In this document: positions 27,201 to 40,852 of the stretch, piece after piece
How the letters are laid out: each line of letters begins with the position of its first letter
How positions within the stretch are numbered: position 1 is the first letter of the stretch
Source: Leptogorgia sarmentosa
Lineage: Eukaryota
Direction: 5' to 3'
Assembly: GCA_964658305.1 (NCBI GenBank)
Contig: OZ210884.1
Location: 1,612,001-1,676,000, forward strand
Length of the DNA stretch: 64,000 nt
Notes under the pieces: model-generated
What the model saw: the letters and a program-made list of their open reading frames with translations, nothing else
What the model was told of the DNA's origin: nothing
The model's database searches: none
Position numbers and translations under genes: made by a program

Positions 27201-30200
27201 TTGCTCTGGGGGGTCGTCTGCTTTTTCAGACTCGCTGGGTGCCGGGGTTTTCCGAGCACTTTTATTGCGACTTTTACGACCGGTCGTTGACACCGACGCC
27301 GAGAGGCGGGAGGTGGTTCTTTTGGAATTGGAACTCTAAAAATATTCGTTCATAATGGGCCTTTAACCTTATAGACCAAACTTTAATACAATTTGAAATA
27401 AGAAATGATATTATAACGGCTGGAAAGAGCATCCTGAGTTTAGTAAAATTGCAAAGTTTGGTCGCGAAATATTTGTAAAGTAAAGAAAATATGATCTTCA
27501 TGAAGTTGGCAATTTTTGTATATTTTAGGCTTACGCGCCGAAAAAAGTTCCTCATTCGAGAAAATTGTATTAGATTTTCGCGAACGGGGTAACAGTTTCT
27601 CCGCGCCTAATACTAAAATATACAAAAATTGCCAACTTGGGCAAGATCATAGTTTCCTTATTATATCATATATCATATCATATCATTTTATTAAAATATC
27701 TTAGGCGCCAAAAAGGGCGAATTGCGACATTCTTACAACAAGGTTAGGAAAAGGAGCTACTCTAATATTTACATAATGGTTTTTATGTTTAAAAAATGTT
27801 ATTATTATACAACATTTCGCAACCAAACTTTGCACGGCTGTTGAAAACAAACTGAATTACAAAATTAAAGATGCTCGTTCAAGCTGTGGAGATGGATTTT
27901 CCCTATTTCAAAGCTTTTCAAATTTTAGTTATAAGATTATTTTAGTCATATTCAACATAAATGAGATTGTCTTGTGAATGTGTTTTTTTCCGTTGTAGCT
28001 ACAATGTTCATATATAAGAAAAAAAAATCACCGCTTTTTCTTAATGATCTGGGACCGGTTGTATAAAAATCTTAACTACCCATTTCGCGGTTAAATGGTA
28101 GTTAACTTTGAAATATCCGTTTCTGATTGGTCAGTTATCACACTTAACTATAGTTAGCTTTAACTACGTTTATATACAACCGGCCCCAGGAAAAGTATAC
28201 TGGATTCAAACTTTTGTCAACTGTCTTTGAACTTCTTGGTAGAATTCCGTGAACACAAGATACTGCCGGCATTCGGAGTACGAGTACTCGAAAAAGGGTT
28301 TTAATTTTGAAAAGTTTTAAAATTTCATAGTTGCATTAAAATTTCCGTTCTTGTTCAAAATCGCAATACTTCAAAATATGTAAAAAAGTTCTGAACTGAA
28401 ATACTCTTGAAGTGAAGTTCTGAAGTAAATCGTATATCAGGGCATATCAGGCGGATGTGGCGTCAGCAATATTGGAACTTTTCCCTGCATTTCCAGTCCA
28501 TTCCTTCGACTGTCTACGTTTAGACACATACATAACTACATACGGTAGTCGTCTTTTGTCAAGAAACGATATGTATGCAAATTGCGTTACCTTCTTTCGA
28601 CTTCGTGAAGACGAGGGTGGCTGAGGAGTTAAGGTCGCTCTGCTCGGATCGACCGCTGGTAAACTAGCTGCGTCGTTTTCGTTCTCGTTCGGCTGATCAT
28701 CAACCTGGATAAACAAAAATCAAAACAGAAAGAATAAAAAAAACATTCAGAGGCAATGCCGTTCCAGATTTTGAACAGGTAATCCCTGCCAAACTCGCTA
28801 TAATACACCTTTTCGGAAAGCACACGAAAGCCAGGCTGATTAGCCTCATTTAATATAGTAAAGCGAGAATTACTTTAATGCCGCAGGTAGCAACGGCGCA
28901 GTACCGTATAAAATTTGACAAGTTTGACATTCTTTGCAATCTTTGTTTTCGTTTTTGTTAAAATAAAAATAAATTGCAATTGGTATATAATACAGTTTAG
29001 CGATTCAGCGTCGCTTTCGAGTTTACAGACTTTGTACTTTCCGAAAGGGCGTATTAAAGAAGACAGTAAAGCAATAGGTGCATGAAACAACTTTAGATAA
29101 AGTAATACCGTTTCCGTAGTAATTTCGACAATAGGTTGCGGTTCAACGACAACATCCGGTACAACCTTCGGTCTTGGATAAAACAGTCGACACTTTTCCG
29201 AGAAATGGTCGTAGTTTGTGAATATACATCTTACGGCAACATTGCCAACTGATAAAGATTTAGGGATGTCCAAGACGATGCCTTTTTTCTCAAACGTCAA
29301 CGATTTGATCCTGAATCATGAAAAAGAACGAAAAGAAATCGTTAATTACGCGTCAACTTGTAGACACACTTTGAGCGATGTGATTTAGTCAAAATTTTTC
29401 AAATTCGGGCAAAAGGGATGACAAGTATGGACGGCGGACTATCGCTTTATGCAAAATTATATGCTCAGAACGTAGGTTCCTACCGCATTTTAATCGTTCC
29501 CAGAGTATTTCCCTTGGCTTGGGGTTGGTGGCGGAAAATGGTCGTTGGATCGGCCAGTTATGTAATCTCAAAGCTATAAAGCGGTTTACACGAGCGATTT
29601 TGCCGTGATTTATAATGCGATTTTCTCCTTCAGACGGATGTGAACGAGTCAACAAATCACGTCGAGTGTTCAAATGAGGAAGAAAGCACTCAGCACATTC
29701 GTTTAATACTATCCACTCGTTCACATCTATCATAAGGCGAAAATCAGAGCATTTGGTTCAAGATTTTTCTAACATACCGTGGATTCCTTGATATATTCCC
29801 CCAGACGTTCAAAGTTATGAAACGTGACGTCAACTCAAACTGAATATTCTGTGTGTCAGGATCGATATGCTCGTCGCTAGACTGTAAATTCAAAAGTTTC
29901 ACGTTTGACGTGCGAAAATGTTTTGTCAGATGTGAAGTCGGAAAGACTTTTTTGTCAGAAAAACTTTACATGGGACAAAACATTTTCGCACGTCAATTTC
30001 ATTTGCAATATAATACATCAGTTTTCCATGGTGAAATAAAGTTCACCATGCAACTTTTTTGTCCGAGGGAGCAATCAGTCATGGAAAAAATTGGTAGAGG
30101 TAGCTACATATCGGTATTCCACGTAGAATGAAAAAAACAGTTTGAAAGATGTTGGTGATTTCAATGGACAATTTGCATAATAGACTAATCTTCGATCTTT

Positions 30201-33200
30201 CACATTTTGAGAGGTTCTTTCCGGGAATTTTATTTTTATTGACTAGATCGAGAAATATTTTGATGTTCAAATTGTCCACCGGACAAGTTTTAAATTAACT
30301 GGGAAAGTTTGAATCGTGGCTGCAATGGATGATTTGCGCAATTGATAAATGTTTAATGTGGGTTTAAATATATTACCAGAAAGAAAATGTCAAAATTTAA
30401 AAAAATTAACGTAAATGTGCAGAAACCATGTAGATGCGAAAAATATAGTAAAATTTTCATAATAATACCTTGAGAACGTGCATCGTAGCCTCGTCCAGTT
30501 TGACTCGGATTAAATTTTGGAGTTGAGTAATTGACTAGAATGGAAATTACATTACAGACAGAAAGGTCTTTGGGGGGGGATTTCACTTGCGTAATCCGTG
30601 GCTATTCAAGGGTTTCTTTTGTTCAAATTGGTTCTATCAATGGCAAAAAAGATGTTTGCGAACCTCGTTGTGCTTTTCTACTTCTTCTTCGGACAAACCA
30701 GGTTCATCTCCAAGATAATATTGTAATTCATCAATTAGCTTGGAGAAAAAAATACAATAAAACTTGTTGGGATCTAAACATTATCCTATCCTAATCGTTC
30801 AGATTCCTAGAATATATTTGATTTCTTTCACACTGCTCTTGCACCCCTGCTAGTCAAAGTCACACCCCTGCACCAGTGGAATGAAGATGTGGCGCATTAT
30901 TTGTGACAATCAAAGTTCACGATCAAGTCGCGAATTGAGATTCAAATTTAAGTGAAGGAGGACCTACCTTCATCGCATCGTGGCACTCCTGAATAGTTTT
31001 ATGGACGGGTTTACTATCAGTGTTCTCTCGCCATAGATTGATATACGTATTGATTTCTTTCGTGACCTTTGGATCTGGGCTACCATCACACAACATGTAT
31101 CTTGCCCACTGGAATATTAAGATACAAATATGTTTATGGCAGTACAATAATATGCGAAATTTGCATGCGGGTATGTGAAACATTATACAATATTTCTTCC
31201 TCAAACTTTGAATTTATACAACAGTGATGGACAATTCCCATTATAGACCATTATAGTACGCATGGGCGTACGGGCGCTATCTTGTTTGGGGGGGCACATT
31301 ATTGTTTGCCCGACAGGACCAGAGGACCTGTGGAACGACATTTGAAGTGGGGGGAGGGGGGCTGACAGATAAGGGGGCCGAAGCTCACGAGGCGCCACCA
31401 TGGTTGGCGCCGAGCGAGAAAATTTTAAAAATTTTGGTCTCTAGATCGTCAGAAATGGCATTTTCAAGGTGTCATATTATACCTCTTTCGTTATGTAATA
31501 CATATTCGATCTGAAATACTTGAGCTTTGGAATTAGAATACTTCATATAGGATGTTTTAGAGGATAATGATTTTCATCGTATTGTTGATGTTATATTGTC
31601 TAATAAAGTTAATATTCTATCAACTATCATGGAGTAATGTTTGCCCGAACGATTCGAGCTCAATTGCCCGACCGTGAACGGTTTGGGGGAGCACAGGCCC
31701 CCCCGTGCCCCCCACCCCCGGCCCGTACGCCCATGATAGTACGTATAGTACAAAAGTTGCGAATTTGCTGATTAGCTATCTTGCTGCATGCGACAGTACC
31801 CGCACGTAACACCTTTAATGAGAGAATTAGCAAACTTCGTAAGGCTATATCTTCTACACATTACGACATTTTTAAACGAAATTCCAGAATTTTACCACCT
31901 TTATAAGGTTGTTTTCAAAATCTCGTTTCTATTGTTCAGATCAAAAGTTTTTCTAAACCGCGAAAGTCTGTTGGGGCAGAATTTTGTTCCTTGTTTTATT
32001 TTTATTTTTCAGATCGCTAAATTTCTCCAATTATCAATCTCTATTGGTAAAATGATGTATTAGTCTGGTAAGGCATAAAATATAACTTAAGGTAAACATG
32101 TTAGTGCTAGCTTCGTGCTTGGAAGACGCGCGGACCCGACGGCGGAAGAATGACCTTCTTGTCTCCAGGGTTCCTAGTAGTTCATGAACAATTAGGTGAA
32201 ACTGTCATTGAAAAGTGCCGTCAAGAAAACAAGGGAAACATAAGACAAATGCAAACAAAAACAAAGAACATAAAGAACATTGCTAATTGCCCTAATTATT
32301 CAGGAATATTACCAATCTTGTCATCCCGATAAACCGGAATATTTTGCTCAACTTCATCTAAGGTAATTGATAATTAATGTGCAATGACAATCATGTTTAA
32401 ACATGCCTTCGAATTTTCCCTATTTTTGTTATCAGTGTTTTTTATTTGACTGTATTTATCTTCAAGCAAGCCACTCAATTCGTCTACTTCGGCTTCGTGA
32501 GCTTCTCTTTCCTATAGGGGAGGATATACTAGTAAATACACAAAACTAGCACGTTACAACACATTCATGTCGAAAAAAGGGGCGATGGAGACAGGTTCGG
32601 ATTCAGGGGTGGGCACCCGACCAAAAGGGACCCCCGACAAAATAGGTTGATTTTTAAAATTATACTGTATAAGAGAAATTTTGTGATATTTTCGTACATG
32701 CATCTAGAACAGTGCCTTGTGGGGGCCAAACGACAATTGCATGTGACAGTTGTAAGCAAAAGTTGTACAGTGTAAACCACCCCTAAACGAATAATAGCGG
32801 CGAGAGAGGAAACAAGAAAAACTCTTTTTGAGAAAAATGTACGGAACAGCTCATTATTACAAATCGTTATAGAAAAGAACCGCGGTTTAAAGCGGTAAAA
32901 ATGCAAGATAAAGTTTATAATTCCAACCTGTTGAGCTAATCTTTCTTTTTCTTCTCTTTCCAATCGTTCTCTTTCCTCTTTTTCACGTTGTTCCTGTTCT
33001 GCCTGCAGTCGTGCTTCTTCTGAAATGGACAACAGTGATTTGGTAAATCTTACAGGCTCTGCCAACGATTAGTGACTGCATGTGACTGCGTTTTGACCAC
33101 TCGAAGATATAAGATTAGAGAAATTTAACAAACACGACGTGAGCGTCTAAGATGATCGTGAAAATGGCGTAAAAATGACGTGGCACATGTCTTTGTTCAA

Positions 33201-36200
33201 TGGAAAACAACATGTTTTTGTCGAGAAAATGATGCCCAGGTATTCTTCCAATTAAGATAATTTGACGTAATTCATTTGAAGATATGAATTTTTACTTCTC
33301 GTGGTAAAATGATATTTTACTCATTCGTAAATATTGTTTTCACCACTCGAATCTTCGCACCGCCGTATAATATTCTCAAGATATCACGCCATTTTCATGC
33401 TATTCATACTTTGCAGCGTCGTGAAATATCTTTTATTCAGGTATTTTGATTGGCTAATTATGGTCACGTGATGTTGAATAGTATACAAATAATGAATGTT
33501 TATGAGTGCAATGGTAAGAATATTTTCATGAGGTGAAAGATGGAATGTTCTATTCAACGAGGCGATAGCCGAGTTGAATGGAACATTCCATCTTTCACCG
33601 AATGAAAATATTCTTACCATTGCACGAAATAAACATTCATTATTTGTTTTATATAATACCAAAATAACAAAACGTTTATTGCAAGCTTCCGCCATTTTGG
33701 TGTATTTTGACAAGATAAATCGCATTTGCCTGACGTCGAGAATTGGGGGTAAATAAACTGCGATCACTGTCCGAAGAGCGTTTTGAAGGATGGGATTTAC
33801 TGAAAACACAGAGTGCAATAGTACGAATACTATTGCACTCTCCAGAGTGCAATAGTATTCGTACTATTGCACTCTTGGGAAATGGAACTTTCTATTCAAT
33901 ATCACGTGACCGTAATTAACCAATCAAACGACCTGAATGTAATGAGGTATTATATAAAAAGTTCCATTTTCCAAGAGTGTAATGTATTCGAAGTATTATT
34001 GCACTCTACGTTTTCAACACGCTTTTCGTACAGTGATCGCAGTTTATTTTAACCGTTTATTATTATAGTTTTAGAAAAGCAATAGCCTCGATTATCGCCT
34101 CGTTGAATAGAACATTCCATCTTTCACCTTATGAAAATATTCTTACCATTGCACTCATAAAGATTCATAATTTGTTTTATATAATACCAAAATAGGCAAT
34201 TGCTCTTCAAGAACTACTATAATAACAAACGGTGTAAATAAACTGCGATCACTGTGCAAAAAGCGTGTTGAAAACGTGGAGTGCAATATAGTACGAATAC
34301 CGTACTATTGCACTCTCTAGAGAGAGCATTCTTGGAAAGTGGAACTTTCTATTCAACATCACGTGACCATAATCAACCAATCAAACGACCAGAAGGTAAC
34401 GAAGTATTATATAAAACACATTACACGACGCTGCAAAATATGAATAGCGAAATTTAGCAAACACGACGTGAGCGTCTAAAAGCCTGATTCCACGACGGCG
34501 AAATATTTCGCGAGAAATTGTGTCTGCGAAATGCGGATGGTTGCACATGAACGATTCTATTGAATTCTCCCACATTTTTCGCTTTCGCAGTGAGTAGGAC
34601 TGACTTGTACTCACTGGCGAAGCGAAATTTCTTCTCGAGAAATCTTATTTGCTCTTATGACGCATGCGTACAATTATTTCGCGCGAAAATTTTCGCATTT
34701 CCCCAAGAAATACCGCCCGTGGAATCAGGCCTTAAGACGTCATAAAAATAGCACGATATCTACAGTATGTATAGAGAATATTACACGGCGGTGCGGAGAA
34801 ATGAATTTTATCTTCGAATGGTGAAACCAATTCACTCATGAAAATATTGTTACCATTGCACTCATGAACATTCATTATCTGGATAACATCTATTTTACCT
34901 TCTTCCCTTGCCTTCTGCTCCGCCTCCTCTTTCTTTAATCTCTCTTTCTCTGCTTTACTCAACTTGGGAGACTTCGCTTTAGCGCCTTTCTTTGGAGGCT
35001 GTAACGGAATTATGAACATCATGGCTATATAGACTGATTTGATTTTAGTACTAATGTGCAAATCAGATCGTTGGGCCACGTGCGCTCAAAGTGTCCGCAA
35101 AGTTCTACTGGCGAGCGATGTTCGTTTTGGTAATCGCAATTGGAAATTAAGAAATGGAGATAGAGTTTCATTTGTACACAGGGGCGGACTGGCCATAGGG
35201 AGGACCGGGAGGTTTCCCGGTAGGCCTGTTCTTCCATTGGGCCGGTTGGCCGGACAATATTGTGCTGGACAGCTAGTCAATTCAACTTCATTTATGAATA
35301 ATACTGTACCAACATTAAATTGAAGCGCTACTTAATTGGTTTCAGGATGATTTGATGATATCAGCTATCAAGAAACGATAGATATAGTACGTGCTTACTT
35401 ATAGTGCTTGCTGTCAAAGTTTATGCGCAACAGAAATATAATAATGCGCGTCGATGCAATTTTGCGACATTCATTAAGGGATAAGAAGATAAAGGCCCTG
35501 GAAGCTGATGCTGCTCAGTGTAAAAAAATACATCCCATTTTGAGACCAGTGCAACTGCCAGAATTTGTACAAGAAAGAACGAATTTTATTAAGGTTCATT
35601 AGACGTATAAGCGTTTCTTTGGTTTGTTTCGTTAACAAGTAGACAACTAATGGATCACTCTCTTTCAGTTCCATTTAAATGTCATTATGTCACTGTTCTT
35701 AATGTCGTACACTAGCCCTTGAAACCCTAAGACAAAAAAGTGCATGGCGATCTCATTAATACGAACGAAGTTCTTGTTCTTATTCAAGACATTGTTTCTG
35801 AGATAATCTTTAGTTTTTCACCTTTCTTTCTTCTATATATTACTTTTACTAAATACTTAGTTCCGCAGTGGGCCGCTTTCCTCATTCATCCCGGGAAAAA
35901 TTTTGGTCCCAGTCCGCCCCTGTTTGTACAAGTATCACAATATCGGTAAGATTCCGAAGGATTACGGCACGATCAGGCAGAATCTTGGTAAGATAGATCT
36001 TAAAGGATTATCATGGCAAGATCTTGCAGGATATCTGCAAGATCTTGAAGGATTTTGGCAAGATCATGGAGGGTATTTGTAAGATCTTGAAGGATTATGA
36101 CAAGATCTTGGAGGATATTTGTAAGATTTTGAAGGATTTTGGCAAGATCTTGCAGGATTTCAGTAAGATCTTAAAGGATTATGGCAAGATCTTGCAGGAT

Positions 36201-38073
36201 ATTTGAAAGCTGGTCTTGAAGAATTATGGAAAGATCTTGCAGGATATTTGAAAGTTGGCCTTGAAGAATTATGGAAAGATCTTGCAGGATATTTGAAAGC
36301 TGGCCTAGCTTGAAGAATTATGGAAAGATCTTGCAGGATATTTGAAAGCTGGTCTTGAAGAATTATGACAAGATCTTGCAGCATATTTGTAAGATCTTGA
36401 AGGATTATGGCAAGATCTTGGAGGATATTTGTAAGATCTTGAAGGATTATGGCAAGATCTTGCAGGATATTTGTAAGATCTTGAAGGATTTTGGCAAGAT
36501 CTTGCAGGATATTTGTAAGATCTTGAAGGATTATGGCAAGATCTTGCAGGATATTTGTAAGATCTTGAAGGATTTTGGCAAGATCATGGAGGGTATTTGT
36601 AAGATCTTGAAGGATTATGACAAGATCTTGGAGGATATTTGTAAGATCTTGAAGGATTTTGGCAAGATCTTGCAGGATTTCAGGAAGATCTTAAAGGATT
36701 ATGGCAAGATCTTGCAGGATTTCAGTAAGATATCTTAAAAGATTATGGCAAGATCTTGGAGGATATTTGTAAGATTTTGAAGGATTTTGGCAAGATCTTG
36801 CAGGATTTCAGTAAGATCTTAAAGGATTATGGCAAGATCTTGCAGGATATTTGAAAGCTGGTCTTGAAGAATTATGGAAAGATCTTGCAGGATATTTGAA
36901 AGTTGGCCTTGAAGAATTATGGAAAGATCTTGCAGGATATTTGAAAGCTGGTCTTGAAGAATTATGACAAGATCTTGCAGCATATTTGTAAGGTCTTGAA
37001 GGATTATGGCAAGATCTTGGAGGATATTTGTAAGGTCTTGAAGGATTATGGCAAGATCTTGGAGGATATCTGCAAGATCTTAAAGGATTATGACAAGATC
37101 TTGCAGGATATTTGTAAGATCTTGAAGGATTATGGCAAGATCTTGCAGGATATTTGTAAGATCTTAAAGGATTATGGCAAGATCTTGCAGGATATTTGTA
37201 AGATCTTAAAAGATTATGGCAAGATCTTGCCAATTCAAAGCTGAGATGTCTACTGTACAAGGGTGCAAAAAGCTTGACGATAATTAGCGGCGACCAAATT
37301 CATAAAATATATATATTCACATATAAGAAATATACTACATGATATATATCCCCCCAGGCAACTCTCAGGATTTTTGCATCCTTGAAACCCTTTGCACAAT
37401 ATAAATTTGAATCCAAATCTGATTGGAGAAAAATCTCATCCAAATTTGATTGGAGAGCTTTATCCAGCCTAGTTAACAATTGGCAATATACATGTATGTA
37501 CTGTATCTCCATCGATTATTTGTATACGCTGCAACTTATTAACCACATGTGAATGCAATTGTAAATATTTTCTCAACATTGTGGGCTGAGTTGTTTAGCC
37601 ATTTTTATAATCTCAATAATGGGAAAAGTAGCTGAGAAATGTAAGTTGCAATAGTATGAAACATTGATGCTTGATCAAGCTCAGTCTAACAGCATGTACA
37701 GTATATGTAAATCATGCAGAGACCCATCTGTCAAAAGCTTTCATATCAGCTGGAAGTTGAAATCACATAAACAGGTCACATGAAGAAGAGCTGGCCTCCT
37801 GGAGGAGTGGAAGGCAAGGACCATTATCCTTTATAATTGTTAATTATTATTGATAATGAATCCGACGTCTTCAGGATCGAACGGCCGATTTTAATTAATC
37901 AACGAAATCCTTTAGCCCATGGCAATAACTGTGAATTCTCAAGTGATTTACTGTCTCTTAAAAGCCAAACAGGCAAGTACTAATCATAAAACAACACGTG
38001 AGGACCAGGTGTAAAATTTGCATCAATGGTTATAATAGTATAACATATTATAAACAAACAAAACGCTCACCAT
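21218..38073 (-). CDS. DNAI7: Dynein axonemal intermediate chain 7 (CASC1/CFAP94), 21 exons, about 781 aa
   Basis: Exons 38073-38071, 34998-34899, 33019-32928, 32511-32407, 31108-30968, 30738-30664, 30534-30469, 29881-29778, 29310-29109, 28704-28591, 27335-27194, 26421-26227, 25508-25331, 24714-24608, 24273-24218, 23367-23257, 23035-22943, 22643-22572, 22397-22248, 22057-21956, 21355-21218 total 2346 nt in frame. Diagnostic motifs WARYMLCDGSPDP..EINTYINLW, VWGNISRNPR, NMPFQSWEIRP, SAFAFSWSRWN, LHADLYHMV..TKVLTYS. Confidence 0.93.
21441..21669. mobile_element. PIF/Harbinger-type MITE in DNAI7 intron
   Basis: GGGCCGGTTGTTCG..CTTTTAGCTTAAACGG / CCGTTTAAGCTAAAAG..AACCGGCCC; CAG on both sides. 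Confidence 0.8.
26551..26845. repeat. 43-bp tandem minisatellite, about 6.5-7 copies, with internal inverted repeat
   Basis: Unit AAAACTCATATACGACGTTATGACGTAATTATGTCGTATATTG; unit starts at 26595 and 26638; no spacers. Confidence 0.95.
28052..28186. mobile_element. Short PIF/Harbinger-type MITE
   Basis: GGACCGGTTGTATA...TATACAACCGGCCC with CTG/CAG flanks. Confidence 0.7.
31261..31735. mobile_element. hAT-like MITE in DNAI7 intron
   Basis: TIR CATGGGCGTACGGGC/GCCCGTACGCCCATG; perfect 8-bp TSD ATAGTACG. Confidence 0.9.
33480..34415. repeat. Hairpin-bearing dispersed element present as a partly duplicated dimer
   Basis: About 170-bp foldback at 33484-33657 centred on CGAGGCGATAGCCGAG; related sequence recurs at 34080-34415. 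Confidence 0.7.
34481..34732. mobile_element. Tourist-like MITE nested in an older repeat
   Basis: AGCCTGATTCCACG...CGTGGAATCAGGCC; splits AAACACGACGTGAGCGTCTAA|GA, which is uninterrupted at about 33130. Confidence 0.75.
35179..35922. mobile_element. hAT-like non-autonomous element in DNAI7 intron 1
   Basis: TIR CAGGGGCGGACTGG/CCAGTCCGCCCCTG; perfect 8-bp TSD TTTGTACA. Confidence 0.9.
35946..37230. repeat. AAGATCTT-based 21-bp tandem satellite with variant 41-42 bp blocks
   Basis: Alternating AAGATCTTGAAGGATTATGGC / AAGATCTTGCAGGATATTTGT units over about 1.3 kb; degenerate relatives at about 39115-39400. Confidence 0.95.
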
Positions 38074-38250
38074 ATTTTTGCGATCGATGTATGTGGTCAG
38101 CTTCAAAACATAATTTCGCTTCACCAGTTAACTGTACAGCTACGATTTAGTCGAAGAACGACAGGTTAGTGGTCTAAAACGAGTAAAAAATGCCAAATGT
38201 TTTGATCAATTTCCAAAATCACTTGTAATAAGTAAATAAAGCGTCGACCT

Positions 38251-38264
38251 GTTGCTATGGAAAC
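38251..38264. promoter_or_regulatory. RFX X-box upstream of DNAI7
   Basis: GTTGCTATGGAAAC fits the X-box consensus GTYNCYATRGNAAC, about 180 bp upstream of the ATG of a motile-cilium gene. Confidence 0.7.
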
Positions 38265-39574
38265 ATGTATAACTGCGCAAAGGCCTGGAGCCTAATGTTT
38301 TGGTCGGACCGTCGGAGATATTTTCCATCCGCCAAACTGACGTTACGTCATTTTCAGATTTATTGTTTTTCATTTTTTATTTGAATTACTTAGGATAAGG
38401 ATTAGTATTTAATAACGTTAAAACTGTAGGAATTGGGTTAGGTTGGCGTTAAAACCTGTTCAAACGAAGCCAACATTTTTGTCCAAAATAATCCAGCATA
38501 ATGTGGATTGTGGAATGCATCATCTTGGTTTGGTTTCGTTTGAACACAATGTTGGATGAATAATGCTAGCCTAAAATTCTCATCTAACATCGTGAAATAT
38601 TGTCGGCCCAACAATGCTGGAAGACGTTAGGGTTTGGTTTAGGTTTTTGCGTTAGTTTAAAGCAATCTTTAGTCTCGGTAAAATGACGTCATGTCATTTT
38701 GGTGGATGGAAACAAGTGACGACCTACATTTTCAAGCGTTCTTCAAATATTTTTTTTTCAAATTGTTTTCGCTTATAAGAAATAAAGGAAACGAAATCGA
38801 GGAAGAAAGAAAGCGTCTTGCTGCTGTTATGAAGTGAATACAGGCCTGTGAGGTATTAAAAACCGTTGTGTCACTTTTGAATGCGTGATTGCAAGCCAAG
38901 CGTAGCATTTAAGATGATGGCATTGTCTTCAATATTAGTATTTCACCAAACAGCAAAAGTTCTACCTGATAGTCATTACCTAAACTATACAAACAGATTT
39001 GACGCTTCGAGCAGTTCACGCTAATTCCGGCTGCAATTAAAGCAATTTGGTATTGAATGAATGGAGAGACAGTTATTTTATTTGTGTGAGCCTATATATA
39101 CCATTAACCATTTAACCTTGATCTTGCAGTATTTTTGGTGAGATCTTGTAGGATCATTATATTAAGAACATCTAGGTTTTTTATAGGATCTGCAGTAGCT
39201 AATACAATGCAATATAATGGCAAGATCTTGTAGGATTTTGCTTAGATCTTTAAAAACCATGGCAATTAGATCTTGTAGGATTTTTGCAATATCTTGAAGG
39301 GTCGATCATGGCAGGATCTCGTAGGATTCCAGAAAGATCTTGCGAAATCATGGCAAGATCTTGTAAGATTATGGTGAGATCTTGAAGGATTATGGCAGCC
39401 GTAGTTGCCACACTAATTCTGAAGAAAGGGCCTCTGCTCAAAGTGTCAGGTCTGTAATCAGACCTATACGGTATGCATGACTGCAATATTACATGAACCG
39501 TTCTCACCACTAGGTAGGCTATGGGTGTGCAGGTATATCTGATAGGTACAGTCATTTATGATAGGGTGTATTGT

Positions 39575-40043
39575 ATATATGTTATTGACTGAGTGTGAGG
39601 TCCGTACTGGAGGATACTGCACGGTCGAGTTTTTTTCTCGCTTGAGAAATTAAAGAACGAGACCGTGCAGTATACTCCAGTACGGGTCGAACAAACTCAG
39701 TCAACAAGCTATTTATGGCAAAAGATAAACAAAACTCGTTTACCACAATTTAACACTATGAGCAAAGCCGGCGCAAAACGGCTAATTAATATAAGAACAG
39801 CAGAAGATGTTCGCTAAAAATAGTTCTCTAAAATGTTATTGGCTACCAAAAAAAGGACAGTATGTTCAAACAAGTATTTGACTTATTTTGTCTTCGTTGA
39901 CGCTTTATTCAATGTCAAGTGAATCAAAACCGACGTCGCTAAACGTGAGCAGTCCATACCTGCAGGTTACCAACCGCTCAGGAACCAATCAGAATGCTGT
40001 ATTTTAGCAGACAGACCACTCAGAAACACTTGCCATATAATAA
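39575..40043. mobile_element. Hairpin-containing dispersed repeat without TIRs
   Basis: TTATTGACTGAGTGTGAGGTCCGTACTGGAG..CTCCAGTACGGGTCG..ACTCAGTCAACAA foldback, ending AACCAATCAG...CATATAATAA; similar architecture at about 760-870. Confidence 0.55.
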
Positions 40044-40679
40044 AGGGTTGAATCAATATGATCCATCCATCACTCAATGTAAAAAGAATTCTTGACATAT
40101 TCACCCCCCTCACATTCCATTATGATACGTACTGTGCCATTCTATTAAACTCAAGTTGTACATACTGTAAGTCTGCCACTTGACTGCCAGAAATTCATAG
40201 ATCTACTTATATACATGTATGTGTTGCAACACTTGAGATACAAATTGTGAAGGAAATATCCAGTTTACAGAGCTTGCATTTGAGGACATCCAACTAAGTA
40301 TACTGTATTCGTATGCATTAATAGTGTAGTCATTTTTATATTAATTTTATAATAAACTGGCATTTAAGATTTCAAAATGAAATATCCAATACTCATTCAC
40401 ATTAAATGATATGTCTCACAGTGACAGTGATTTTGTATTGGAACTCTATTGGGCCATGTCTGTTAGAAAAGCTAACATAATGGTACCTTTAAGTGATTAT
40501 TAATTAACCTGTTGAGTTACTAAAATATGTGAAAATAGAATTGAAAATCATTAAATCATCTGGCCAAGGCAGAGTAAATTAGTAAATTGGACTGCATTAT
40601 CAGGGCATGAAGGCTTAATGGTTAGGCACTAAATGGTTAATTTACAGCTTTCAAATTGTCACATGTAGAATGCTATGGT

Positions 40680-40852
40680 CAGGGCCGTCGCTAGAACGTT
40701 AATTGGGGGGGTGCATATTCATATTTTGGCGTTCTGCCGACTGATTTCTTTTGAAATCAGTTGTTTATGAATTAATTTCTAAAGAAATCAGTCGGCAGAA
40801 CGCCAAAATATGAATATGCACCCCCCCAATTAACGTTCTAGCGACGGCCCTG
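40680..40852. mobile_element. Young palindromic hAT-like MITE
   Basis: About 70-bp essentially perfect inverted arms CAGGGCCGTCGCTAGAACG...; perfect 8-bp TSD GCTATGGT. Confidence 0.92.

Noticed and set aside
36024..37260. Heptad-repeat ORFs (KILKDYG/KILQDIC) resembling a coiled-coil protein
   Set aside because: By-product of a 21-bp satellite; frames are broken by indels and lie within a DNAI7 intron.
38775..38840. Basic stretch that could be a KRAS-like polybasic CAAX tail, given human synteny
   Set aside because: No frame ends in CAAX and no Ras GTPase exons were found in the window.
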